In this document: piece after piece, positions 52,029 through 64,000 of the stretch
Position numbering within the stretch: position 1 is the stretch's first letter
Layout of the letters: each line of letters starts with the position of its first letter
Source of the DNA: Octopus vulgaris
Taxonomy: Eukaryota
DNA length: 64,000 bases
Direction: 5' to 3'
NCBI GenBank assembly: GCA_951406725.2
Contig: OX597838.1
Span: forward strand, 27,032,001-27,096,000
Position numbers and translations under genes: made by a program
The notes under the pieces: model-generated
What the model was told of the DNA's origin: nothing
The model's input: the letters and a program-made list of their open reading frames with translations, nothing else
Database searches by the model: none

Positions 52029-52814
52029 ACGGTGTATATGTGTATGTACGTAAGTGTATTTGAGTGGCTGTATATCTGATGTGTATGCAAATGCGTGGTC
52101 TAGTGTGTGTGTGTTTGATGTTAAACTATGTGTGTGGGTATGTATGTGTGTTTCAAATGCCTTCACATACACACACACATATATGTGAAATCACCTTCAC
52201 ACATTTACACACACAAATATATGTCATTTATACGTCCCCCACACACACACACATACACACATATAGATGCCACATTATCACCTGTCAAACATATACACAC
52301 ACATCATCATCATCATTGCCATCATCACCGTCATCACTATCATCATCATCATCATCTGTGTCTCTCTTTCATACAAACACACGCAAACACTCACATAAAA
52401 CAAACATACTACTATCTATGTCACACACACACACGTCTCTCCCCTACCCCACAAAACATCGTTTTTGATGTTAGTGTACACTGTGTTGTACATGCATATT
52501 TGTGTGTGTGTGTGTGTGTGCGTGCGTGTGTGTGTGTGCATGTGTGTGTTTGGCAGCGGCAGCGAGTGCTATACGAAGTCGTATGAAGAAAGATGTGTTT
52601 TCATGTTATATCATTTGTTTGCCTTTGTTTCTCTGTGGCCGTGATGTGTGTGTTTGTGTCTATGTATGTATCTATGTTGTGTGTGTATGTGTGTGTTTAC
52701 AAATATGTGTATATATCTGTGTGCGTTTGTGTGTGTTTACATGTGTGTATATATCTGTGTGTGTGTGTGATGTAGTTTTTGTATGTTTGTGTGCTTGTAT
52801 CTGTATGTGTGTAT

Positions 52815-52856
<42 letters not shown>

Positions 52857-52979
52857 GTGTGTGTGTGTTTACATATATGTGTATATATCTGTGTTTGTGT
52901 GTGTTTACATATGTGTGTATATACCTCTGTGTGTGTGCATGTGTGTTATATAGTTTTTGTATGTCTGTGTGCATTTCTC

Positions 52980-53026
<47 letters not shown>

Positions 53027-53257
53027 GTGTGTGTGTAGTCTGTCATGTAGTTTTATTATATGTTTGTTTTTGTATATTTCTCTGAGTGTTTATGTCTGTT
53101 GGTGTGTGTATATGTAAGTATCTCTCTCTCTCTCTCTCCATATATATATAAACACACATACACACATATATGTATATGTGTATATATATATATATGCACA
53201 CATATTTGTATGTGTGAATATAGTGTGTGTGTGTGTATGTATATACGTGTCTGCGTG

Positions 53258-53291
<34 letters not shown>

Positions 53292-53312
53292 TATTGTATG
53301 TCTGAATATAAT

Positions 53313-53364
<52 letters not shown>

Positions 53365-54360
53365 CATACACTATATACGTACCAAGTTGTGTATGTATGC
53401 ATGCAAAATGTGTGACACATTGTGACATTATATCACTGGTTTAGTCTTTGTATACATCAGTGTATGTTTGTCTGTATTTATGTGTGTGTGTGTGTGAGTG
53501 TATATGTGAGTGCTTATGTTTCTGTGTAGGTATATATTGTTGTGTGTCCGGGTGTATGTTGGTGTGTGTGTGTGTTCATATGTAGATATGTATATATTTG
53601 TGTATGTATGTGTTTGGGTGTGTATGTGTTTGGGTGTGTATGTATGTGTATATTTTGTGTTTAAGTGTGTGTATGTTTGTGTGTATGTGTATGTGTGTAT
53701 ATACTTTTGTTTGTGTGTGTGTAATATATATTTTTGTGTATTTTGGTCCCTGTGTACTTATCTGTATATTTGTGTTGTGTGTGTGTGTGTGTGTGTGTTT
53801 GTTTGTGTGTGTATGTATGTACATATATTTTTGTGTTTATTTGTGTTTGTGTGTGTGTGTGTATGTGTGTGTATGTATGTACATATATTTTTGTGTTTGT
53901 TTGTGTGTGTGCATACATGTGTATATTTTGTATGTGTGTGTATGTATGTGTATATTTTTGCATGTTTATGTGTGTGTATGTATATATTTTTGTGTGTTTC
54001 GGTCTGTATATGTACGTGCATGTTTTTGCGTTTGTGTGTGTGTATGTATATATTTTTTATGTGTTTGGGTGTGTTTGTGACACACTTTGATGTTATATTG
54101 TAGATTTTGTTTTTGTGTGCCTGTGTGTGTGTGTGTGTGTGTGTGTGTGAACATGTCCCCATCCAATAATGTACATATGTATATATTTCTGTGTGTTTGC
54201 ATGTGTATATGTTCGTGTGTGACACTTCAATGTTATATTGTAGGTGTGTCTGTGTGTGTGTGTGTCTGTGTGTCCATGCAGTGCTGTGTTTAGGAAAAGA
54301 TCATAAATTATCCCACCAGAAATCTCTGTAACAACAAGGAGATGTATGTCTCTATGTTTT

Positions 54361-54403
<43 letters not shown>

Positions 54404-54459
54404 ACATATATATGTAACAAGTATATATATATATACATATATATACATATATATCTATA

Positions 54460-54549
<90 letters not shown>

Positions 54550-54772
54550 TGTATATATATATATGTGTGTGTATATACATATATATAATGTATGTATGTA
54601 TGTAATAAGTAGATCTATGTCTCCGTTGCTTTCTCTATTGACGTCACAGTTTGCAATTAAGAACTGCAGCAGCAGCAACTGTTGATGGCAACCAACGCTT
54701 TAGGTGCTTTTGCATACATAAATACATATGTGTGTATGTGTGTGTATGGATATATATTTCTATATGTATTCT

Positions 54773-54808
<36 letters not shown>

Positions 54809-54889
54809 CATATACATGTTTGTATATATTAATACACCTGTATATATGAGAGACATATATACACTCATATCTCTCTCTCTCTCTCTCTG

Positions 54890-54953
<64 letters not shown>

Positions 54954-54981
54954 CATATATATGTATGTATGTATGTATGTG

Positions 54982-55015
<34 letters not shown>

Positions 55016-55033
55016 CATATGTATGTATGTATG

Positions 55034-55084
<51 letters not shown>

Positions 55085-55113
55085 ATACATATATATGTAT
55101 ATATATATACATA

Positions 55114-55174
<61 letters not shown>

Positions 55175-55210
55175 ATGTATATATATATGTATGTATATAT
55201 ATATGTATGT

Positions 55211-55242
<32 letters not shown>

Positions 55243-56106
55243 TCTATATGTGTATATCTATCTTTAGATGGATAGATATTTCTATTGAATTGTATAAAAT
55301 TCTTTATGTAACTCTTCTTTATATTAAGTCTGCCGTTGACTCTTCATCCTTTTGAATGAAATCCATGTCCATCTCATTATTGTCCATTCATGTGTGTGTG
55401 TGTGTATGAGGATGCACACACATACATACACACTCACACATATACATGTCCACATACACACACACATGCATGGACAATATATATTTATATACATCCGTGC
55501 ATTCATATATGTATTATATATATAGGCATAGGAGTGGCTGTGTGGTAAGTAGCTTGCTTACCAACCACATGGTTCCAGGTTCAGTCCCACTACTATAGCC
55601 TTGGGCCGGTCAAAGCCTTGTGAGTACATTTTGTAGACACTGTGATAAAATATACGAAGCCCAGTATACCCATCATGACTACCTGTCTGATAAGGGTATT
55701 ATTATTCAGGTCACTGCCTGGAATCAAACTTGGAATCTTGGGGTTAGTAGCCCGCACTCTTAACCACTACCCCAATGTAAATAATGTAAATAATGAGCAA
55801 ATATTCTGCTCATTACCACAGATTTGCTTGTCACTTGTTTGACTTTAACCAGCTGACCATGTCCCTTAGCAGTTGACGATATGTGCATCTCTCATCACAG
55901 AGCAGAAGTAGTGGGGGAGCATCATAGCCATGTGTTGAGAGGGATTAAAATAACCTTTCCCTTACCCTTTCATTTTTCCGTGTCTTTCATTAATTCTTCC
56001 CTTTTGTTCATGCTCTCATTCTATCTCCTCACATTCTGCCCTGCTGCTGTTGCACAGACATAAAGCATTTCATTTAATTTCCTCTTTACCATTTTCTGTA
56101 TTACAG

Positions 56107-56177
56107 GAAGCTACATGAGGTGGATCACAATAAACCTTTATCAGTTTATGTGGGACATGATTCCTTACAGTCAATTG
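56107..56177 (+). CDS. DYNC2LI1: DYNC2LI1 exon 11 (KLHEVDHNKPLSVYVGHDSLQSIG); gene continues beyond the window
   Basis: ttacag / gtaaat, 71 nt. VDxNKPLxxxxGxDSxxxIG motif. No later exon was found inside the window. Confidence 0.94.
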
Positions 56178-56746
56178 GTAAATTTCGTTCATTTGTTTAT
56201 CTCTCTATTTATTCAGTTTCCTCATATATGTACATACACTGCACCTTATAGCAGAAACAACTGTAAGCTATTGATTGTCATTACATAATTCCTGTTCCCT
56301 TGTTCATCATCACCACCACCACCATCATCATAATCATCATCATCATTTAATGTCTGTTTTCCATGTCTGTTTTATATGTTATTATAAAACATATAACTAG
56401 ATCTCAAAAAGTATAAAAATGAATGATCAATATATACACACACACATATATATATATATATACATATAGACACACACATATGAAGGTTTATGGCCTAGTG
56501 GTTAGGCTGTTGCACTCATGATCGCAGGATCATGGGTTCAGTTCTCTGACTCGGTGGTGTGTTGTGTTTTTGAGCAAAACACTTCATTTCACTTTGCTCC
56601 CGTCCCCCTTCAATCAGAGTGGAATGTTGGCCTGCTCACCAAGCCAGTGGGGTGATGTCATTTGAAGGCTAAAGCAATGCAAAAGCGCATTGTAACCAGC
56701 GATGTGTAACAACATCTGACAGTCTGGTTAGTCATGTAATCATGTG

Positions 56747-56781
<35 letters not shown>

Positions 56782-57289
56782 TAGCTTGCTCCGATTGTCT
56801 GTTTTGGCATTTTTTCGACAACTGGATGCCCTTATTAAAACCAACCACATTACAGGAGCCTGCTGGATGCTTTTTTATGTGCCACCTGCACAGGTGCATT
56901 TATATGGCATTGGCATGAGTACATGTTATGTGGCACCAGTACCTGCGAGACAAAGACCTCTCAACTGGGAGAAGAAGCAGAGACATGGCCAAAAAAAGGA
57001 CTTGCCTCTATGTATGGATGGCTGTGTTTCCTGGCTTCATGCAGCTCTGTCAGGCCTTCTGTCTCTTTATGTGTTCTTGTTCAAATTGAACAAAAGCATT
57101 AAACAATGAATGTAATTCCATTACTCTAACCTCTGTCGCAAGTGCTGCAATTTTTTGATATTTTTGATATATGTATCAAGCCTTATATATGACACCTACA
57201 TGCAGTGTATAATTTTTTTCATGTGGAACACAAAAACACACTATACATTCGTTAGATAACAATGCACCATGAAGCACTCAGCTGCAAAC

Positions 57290-57545
57290 CCCTTCAACTG
57301 CACAGCCACATGTACATGACTATTTTGTAGAAACTGCCGAAAAACAGATATAGTATACTAACAGTATCCCAATTAATCTACATTGGTGCTACCAGTGAGA
57401 CCTTCAAAGATAAAAGTACACAACACACAAACATTCTGGAATACAAATAGGAGAAATACAACACCCCTGTCCAAATATATTTGGGAGTTAAAAGAAAACA
57501 ATGTAACTGCAATGCAAACATAAAAATGGAGGATAATAGATTGTG
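57290..57545 (+). pseudogene. Degenerate Penelope-like GIY-YIG fragment
   Basis: YIGATSETFKDK ... NTTPLSKYIWELKENN ... KWRII across frameshifts. Confidence 0.7.
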
Positions 57546-58699
57546 CAATTTATGCATAAATGATAAGGTATTTTAAGAGCTTCTTTTCTTAGTAATAGAA
57601 AAGAAGATTAAATATATTATTTGTATGCATCTATTTCTTTATACTTTCTCAAATTCATTTTCAAAATTTTTTATCTAATTTTTACCTTTGAAATAGGTGC
57701 TACTTTTTTAAAGGCGCCACATTTATATAAATGATTTGTGAACATGTGCCCATTGCGTCACAATCGCTAAACAAGATAAATGAAATCATATTAAGTAACA
57801 GTTACCAAAATATATCCTTCATCAAAAAAAAAGGATGAACTCAAAACATGAAAAACAATTGCCAATTTCACGCATGCAAGTATAAGATGGAGGGGGGGGG
57901 GTCATTGGCATCCACCAGAATTGAACCACTACCAACCAAATTAAACCTACAGTACACCACATGCACTTATATACACACAAACACATACACAAAGGACCCA
58001 AATAAAATAAAAACCTTGATCAAAAACATACACACACACTTAGAAAGACACAGATAGGGCCAATTCATAAATACCAGATCCTATAGAATACAAAAGGCAT
58101 ACACAAATTTCGAAACTATTTTCTTGACCAAAACGAAATTCAAACACACACACATACACACAACACGCACACACACAATCATAGAAGCATAAACAAAGAT
58201 ACCCATGAAGAATTACTCAACCATGAATCCTTATACCAGCTCCAATGAAACACTCTCCACATTTTTCTATGAACAAATATCTCCTATCTGACAACACACG
58301 CACACACACACACACACAAACACACACAAACACACACACACACACACACACACACATTCTCCACAAACAATTAACACTGACGAATTTAAGAGATTATTTC
58401 AGCAAATACACAAGAGACCAAAAGCGAAAACCCTCCTAAAAAGACAAAAAAGTCATTAAAAATAAAACGATAAAACAAAATACAGACTCTTAACCATGAC
58501 CCTAATGAACAATTTCAAACAAAAACAATAAATACGGGGACACAAAAAGAAATAAAAAAAATAAAAAAGGCAGCCAATCAGGAGACATAAAGATATCAAA
58601 CAACCAACAAAAAAGAATTAAACAAAAAAATAAACCAATCAGCAGACACAAACAAAGGGCTCAACCCACACTGGTTTCAGTCATTGGACTGCAGCCATG

Positions 58700-59410
58700 C
58701 TGGAGCAACTAATGTGTGGATGTGTTTTACTACGAGTTCGTCCATTGTTGTTGACAGTAAGCAAGGACATCACACGAGAGAAGAAGATGGGTTGCAATGT
58801 TTTTGGCTGTGGCCGATCAGTCTGGTGTGGGCTCAACAGGTTTTGCTGGTGGTCAGCTGGGGCTGAAAGCAAAGAGTTAGCTCTGGACTTGTAATGTTTG
58901 CATTTTCGTTGTGTCCCTGCAATCCTGTTCTGTTCGTAGGAGGTGGCATCTCCATTGAAGGCACATGGCCTAGTGGTTAAAGCAGCGGACTCGTGGTCGA
59001 AGGATCGCGGGTTCAAATCTCAGATCGGGCAATGTGTGTGTTTATGAGTGAAACACCTAAGTTCCATGCGGTTCCGGCAGAAGGTAATGGCGAACTTCTG
59101 CTGACTCTTTCGCCACAACTTTCTCTCACTCTTTCCTCCTGCATCTTGCAGCCCACCTGCGACGGACCGGCATCCTGTCCAGGTGAGGAATTTATACACC
59201 AAGGAAACCGGCCCTTATGAGCCAGGCATGGCTCAAGAAGGAAGGAAGCATCTCCATTGGAGCAGTTTCACCAGGCAGGACAGTCTTGTGCTTGCGTTCC
59301 CCCAAGTGTTGGGGTTGATCTCAAAGCTCTTCAGTGAGGCTTTGAGTGTATCCTGAAAGAGCTTTTTCTGTCCACCTTACGTGTACTTGCCTTCTGCCAG
59401 TTCACTTTGC
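58700..59410 (-). mobile_element. RTE/BovB-like LINE 3' fragment, interrupted by a SINE
   Basis: ELAEGK..GGQKKLFQDTLKASLKSFEINPNTW..AQD..W on the minus strand. Confidence 0.75.
58957..59247 (+). mobile_element. Family C SINE inserted in an RTE relic
   Basis: Closely matches 24544-24850. TSD GCATCTCCATT at 58946-58956 and 59248-59258. Confidence 0.9.
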
Positions 59411-59687
59411 ATTTCCCAAGTGATGGGGTTTGATCACAAAGTCATGGGGATGTAAACACACCAACACTGGTTGTCAATCGGTGGAGAGGGACAAACATAG
59501 ACACGATGGCACACAGACATGTACACATACACACACACACACACAATGAGCTTCTTTCAGTTTCCATCTACTAAATCCAATCCGCTCACAAGTCTTTGGT
59601 TGGCCTGAGGCTATAGTAGAAAACACTTGCCTAAGGTGCTATGCAGCGGGGCTGAACCTGGAACCATGAGGCTGGGAAGCAAGCCTC

Positions 59688-60280
59688 TTATTTCTTTATT
59701 GTCCACAAGGGGCCAAACATAGAGTGGACAAACAAGGACATACAAAGGGATTAAGTTGATTATATCAACCCCAGTGTGTAACTGGTACTTAATTTATTGA
59801 CCCCGAAAGGACGAGAGGCAAAGTTGACCTGGGTGGAATTTGAACTCAGCACGTAACGGCTGACGAAATACCTATTTCTTTACTACCCACAAGGGGCTAA
59901 ACATAGAGTGGACAAACAAGGACAGACAAAGGGATTAAGTTGATTATATCAACCCCAGTGTGTAACTGGTACTTAATTTATTGACCCCGAAAGGACGAAA
60001 GGCAAAGTCGACCTGGGCGGAATTTGAACTCAGCACGTAATGGCAGACGAAATACCTATTTCTTTATTGCCCACAAGGGGCTAAACATAGAGGGGACAAA
60101 CAAGGACAGACAAAGGGATTAAGTCAATTATATCGACCCCAGTGCGTAACCGGTGTTTAATTTATCGACCCCGAAAGGATGAAAGGCAAAGTCGACCTGG
60201 GCGGAATTTGAACTCAAAACGTAACAGCAGACGAAATACCACTAAGCATTTTGCTCACCATGCTAACGTTTCTGCCAGCC
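59688..60280 (-). mobile_element. Family B SINE with a tandemly triplicated body of about 183 bp
   Basis: Three head-to-tail units start near 59690, 59874 and 60057. Only one head is present, at about 60240-60280. Confidence 0.85.
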
Positions 60281-61127
60281 TAATTACCACACAGCCACTC
60301 TTGCACCCATTGGGCTATGCCTGTGCTTTTCAGGAAATTTCACTGTAAACATTTTTGTTGTAGGAAAATTTGCCATACAAAATTTTGCTTTAAATAATCT
60401 CATCACATTTTTTTATATTTGATGTTGAATAAAGACTTCATTATTTAATGCTTTTTATAAATCTTTTTATAATTTTTTTTCTTCCTATTTCAAAAATTGA
60501 TGATATAATATGCTTCCAGTGAATTTGACAAATTTTCTTATACAGTGAAATTTCTTGCAGCAAATTTTCTGGACACAGGTGTGAGTTAATAGATACTAAT
60601 AATCCTCTGCCCTTTCACCAATCCTTGACCGGTACTTTATTTTATTGACCCCAAAATGATAAAAGACGAAGCTAACTTCAGCGAGATTTGAACTCAGAAT
60701 GTATAGAAGACTGGACTAAAAACACCTCAAAATGTTGTTTTTTTCTACCTCTCGAACAATTTGGCCAACTTGCCACCTTGTCATTTCAGACAATAACGAA
60801 ACTCTACCATCTGTTGTAGATACATAATGTTAGGTGGACTTGGCCATTGATGGTTAAGTGTGTTCGTTATGTACACAATACTATCGCTGCTATTAATGCT
60901 GTAATACTGGTTGATTAACACTTTGAGAACAAAGTTTATTGATGTTTCGACATCAAAGAAGACCGAGACACTTTATTGAGATACAAAAAAAGCAATAAGG
61001 TTGTTGGAATTTTTAAGTTCTCAATGAATATATAAATGAAAAAATAAAAAATGAAAATAAATAAATAAGTATAGCCTACGTCTGGACCTTAATAAAGAAA
61101 AGTAGGTATGTGTGTCTATATGTATAT

Positions 61128-61194
<67 letters not shown>

Positions 61195-61257
61195 TATATG
61201 TTTATATATATACATATACATTTATATATATATGCATATATATACATATCTATTTAC

Positions 61258-61313
<56 letters not shown>

Positions 61314-62759
61314 TTATATATACATACATACATATCTATTTATGCACACACACACACACACGCATATATTTATATATATAAACATGTGTATTTATATACA
61401 TGTGTGTATATATAAATGTATACACACATATATATATTTACATTTATATACACTCATATATGTTTATTATTTTTATAGAAATATATACCGATCATCATCA
61501 CTATCATCATAATCTTAGTGTCTACTTTTCCAGGCTAGACTTTGTTTAGGTAGAATTTCCAGTGCCAGATGCCCTTTCTGATGCCAACCCTCACTTGTTA
61601 CTAATTAAGACAGTAATTGCCCAGCCTATCAAACAACGAACAGCCCAGACATGTTTTTGTGGAGGATTGTAAGCAAGCAACCCTCCTCCCCCACCTTTCA
61701 TATGAATATTGAAGCTTCTGTTTACAACCATAGCAAGTGTCTATATGAGAGGAAATACGCACTTAATCAAACACACACACACACAAATACATGTTTATTT
61801 TTACAAGGAAAAGGTTGATAGTGAGTTCAAAGCTTTGGCATGCTCCCCATCAGCTGACTGCACCCAGGGGTGTTACTGCTGTCTAATGACCATTGGCCAT
61901 TGAAAGTTTATTTATTGAGCAGATACATGTATGACAGAAGCATTAGGCCCGTGGATTGTCAGAACCCTTAGCACATCAGACAAAGATACCTTGCAGTATT
62001 ATTTAGCTGCTGCTCTTTACATTCTCAGTTCAGCTCCCACTGGAGTCAACTTTACTCTTCAGCCCTCCTGGGCTGATAAGATGAAGTACCAGTCTAGAAC
62101 TGGGTTGTTGACTGCTTGTGTTGGTTAACCACATGCCACATGGTCGTGACAGATGAGGAGGCATTTTGCTTAGATGAGGACGACTGATATTCCGCTCAGC
62201 TGGTCACCCAGGAGGACCTGGGGATATACCAACAAATAGTGAATGCAACAGCACATGCCCCCACACTTGACCTGGCCTGATCTGACCTTGAACTGGATCC
62301 AGTGGTTTCATGTAAGCTCCTCTTCTAGAATATTTAGTTATAGCTATTTACATTCTGAGTTCAAATCCCACAATAGTCAATTTAACTTTTCATCCCCACC
62401 AAGGTCAGAGAAATAAAGTATCAGTCCAGTACTGGGATCAGTGGTTTCAACTAAACCCCCTCCTCTCAAAATCATTGGTTTTGTACTTAAATCAGAAATC
62501 ATTATTATAAAACACTACAGATTTGTCATTGATCTATTGGCAATTCTGTGTTCAATCAATTCCTCTTTCATATGAAGCTACATGCACTTGGAAGTTCAGT
62601 ATCTCAACCCAGGTCAATATTTATCTCCTGTCTGCTTATTTATTTAGAGAGCCAACTGTTACCCACAAATAAATGACTTGGTAACATGTATCATGCTTCT
62701 GTTAATGGGTTTTAGGTGCGTGTGAGTTGCATTCCAGAATTTTTGAGACTTTTATTAAG

Positions 62760-63300
62760 GAGAAACCTTTGTTATTAATTTCAAAGAAGTAAAACAACTC
62801 TGGTCTCCTTCACAACAGGATCCTCACACTTAAGTGTTTTTTTTTAAAATTATTTTTGTAGCATTCCATCCACTTTGTGAAGGCTCTATGAAAGTAATCC
62901 AAAGTGAAGGTCTCTAGGACCCTTGTCACAGCCTCCTTCAGCTTGGGGAACAACCAAAAGTCACAAGGAACAAGGTCCAGAGTGTTGGAAGGGTGAGGGT
63001 CAGTTTTGGTGCCCATCTCTGTCAAGTAGTTGGTTACCAAGATGGAATTGTGGACTGGTGCATGGGGCCCTGGTGCTGGTGCTCTGGCCCTTTGTGAGGA
63101 AAGGTTTCCCTGAATACCCTCAAAACATCCACAAAGTATTCTTTGTTGACCATCTGGTCAGAGGAAACCCAGTGGATGTAGATGATGCCTTTGCTCTCAA
63201 AGAAGGGAGTCATTATGAGCTTCCTGGTCGATTTACTTTGCCTTGCCTCATGTCCCAGCAAAAAGAACAAATGCACAGTTGATACAAGTCAATCCATGGC
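62760..63300 (-). pseudogene. Degenerate mariner transposase
   Basis: FFESKGIIYIHWVSSDQMVNKEYF and HPSNTLDLVPCDFWLFPKLK (compare HPPYSPDLAPCDFWLFPKLK), frameshifted. Confidence 0.85.
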
Positions 63301-63741
63301 CAGTCTGGAGCACTTCATAAGTTCCTACAGTGTTATTGTCCAGTTTAACACAAAAAGCTTTATTGCATTAGCAGGCTTCCAAATTGTGTTCACATCCAAA
63401 CTGCATTCTGCAAACTCATCAGCTGTGACAAACAGTGGTTAGTAGGGTGAGTTCAAAGTGTTGTTACAGTGATCGCCTTCAATCTGGAATAAAAAAAGGC
63501 GGCAGGTCACCTTATTAGATACATTTTTTTGGTTATTTTTACTAGTTTCAGTCATTTGATTGTGGCCATGCTGGAGCACCACCTTAGCCGAACAAATGGA
63601 CTGCCCCTCCTCCAGGTCTTTTTCTTTTGTAAGCCTAGTATTTATTATATCAGTAACTAAGTTACGGGCATGTAAACACACCAACAGCAGCTGTCAAGCG
63701 ATGGTGGGGGGACAAACACAGACACACAAACATATATACAC

Positions 63742-63794
<53 letters not shown>

Positions 63795-64000
63795 CATATA
63801 TATGATGGGCTTCTTTCAGTTTCTGTCTACCAAATCCACTCACAAGGCTTTGGTTGGCCCGAGGCTATAGTAGAAGACACTTGCCCAAGGTGCCACGTAC
63901 AGGGACTGAACCCAGAACCATGTGGTTGGGAAGCAAACTTCTTACCGTACATACACATCTGCTCCTATATACAGGTTTTTAAACTTTTTCCCATTCACAA

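Noticed and set aside
56178-64000. Remaining DYNC2LI1 3' exons
   Set aside because: I found no phase-compatible exon with D2LIC C-terminal motifs; they presumably lie beyond the window.

Overview
Repeat-rich metazoan genomic DNA, most likely an octopus (inferred from the SINE families and the extreme density of TA/CA/CATA/CAT/AAT microsatellites). Nearly all long ORFs in the supplied track are microsatellite artefacts. One real gene is clear: an intron-split + strand DYNC2LI1 (dynein-2 light intermediate chain / xbx-1) orthologue. It has 11 phase-consistent GT-AG coding exons from 19783 to 56177 (about 266 codons, continuing past the window) and an RFX X-box about 100 bp upstream of its ATG. 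Its introns hold a tRNA-Val(CAC) and a 5S rRNA copy, each fused directly to the 3' tail of a different retroelement; these look like chimeric Pol III retrocopies or nascent SINEs. The rest is several tRNA-derived SINE families (one apparently ending in a hammerhead-ribozyme-like module), Penelope-like GIY-YIG remnants, long foldback elements, Helitrons, RTE/CR1 fragments, hAT- and piggyBac-like MITEs, a mariner relic, and 26-, 33- and 400-bp tandem repeats. All calls are by eye; no alignments or folding programs were run.
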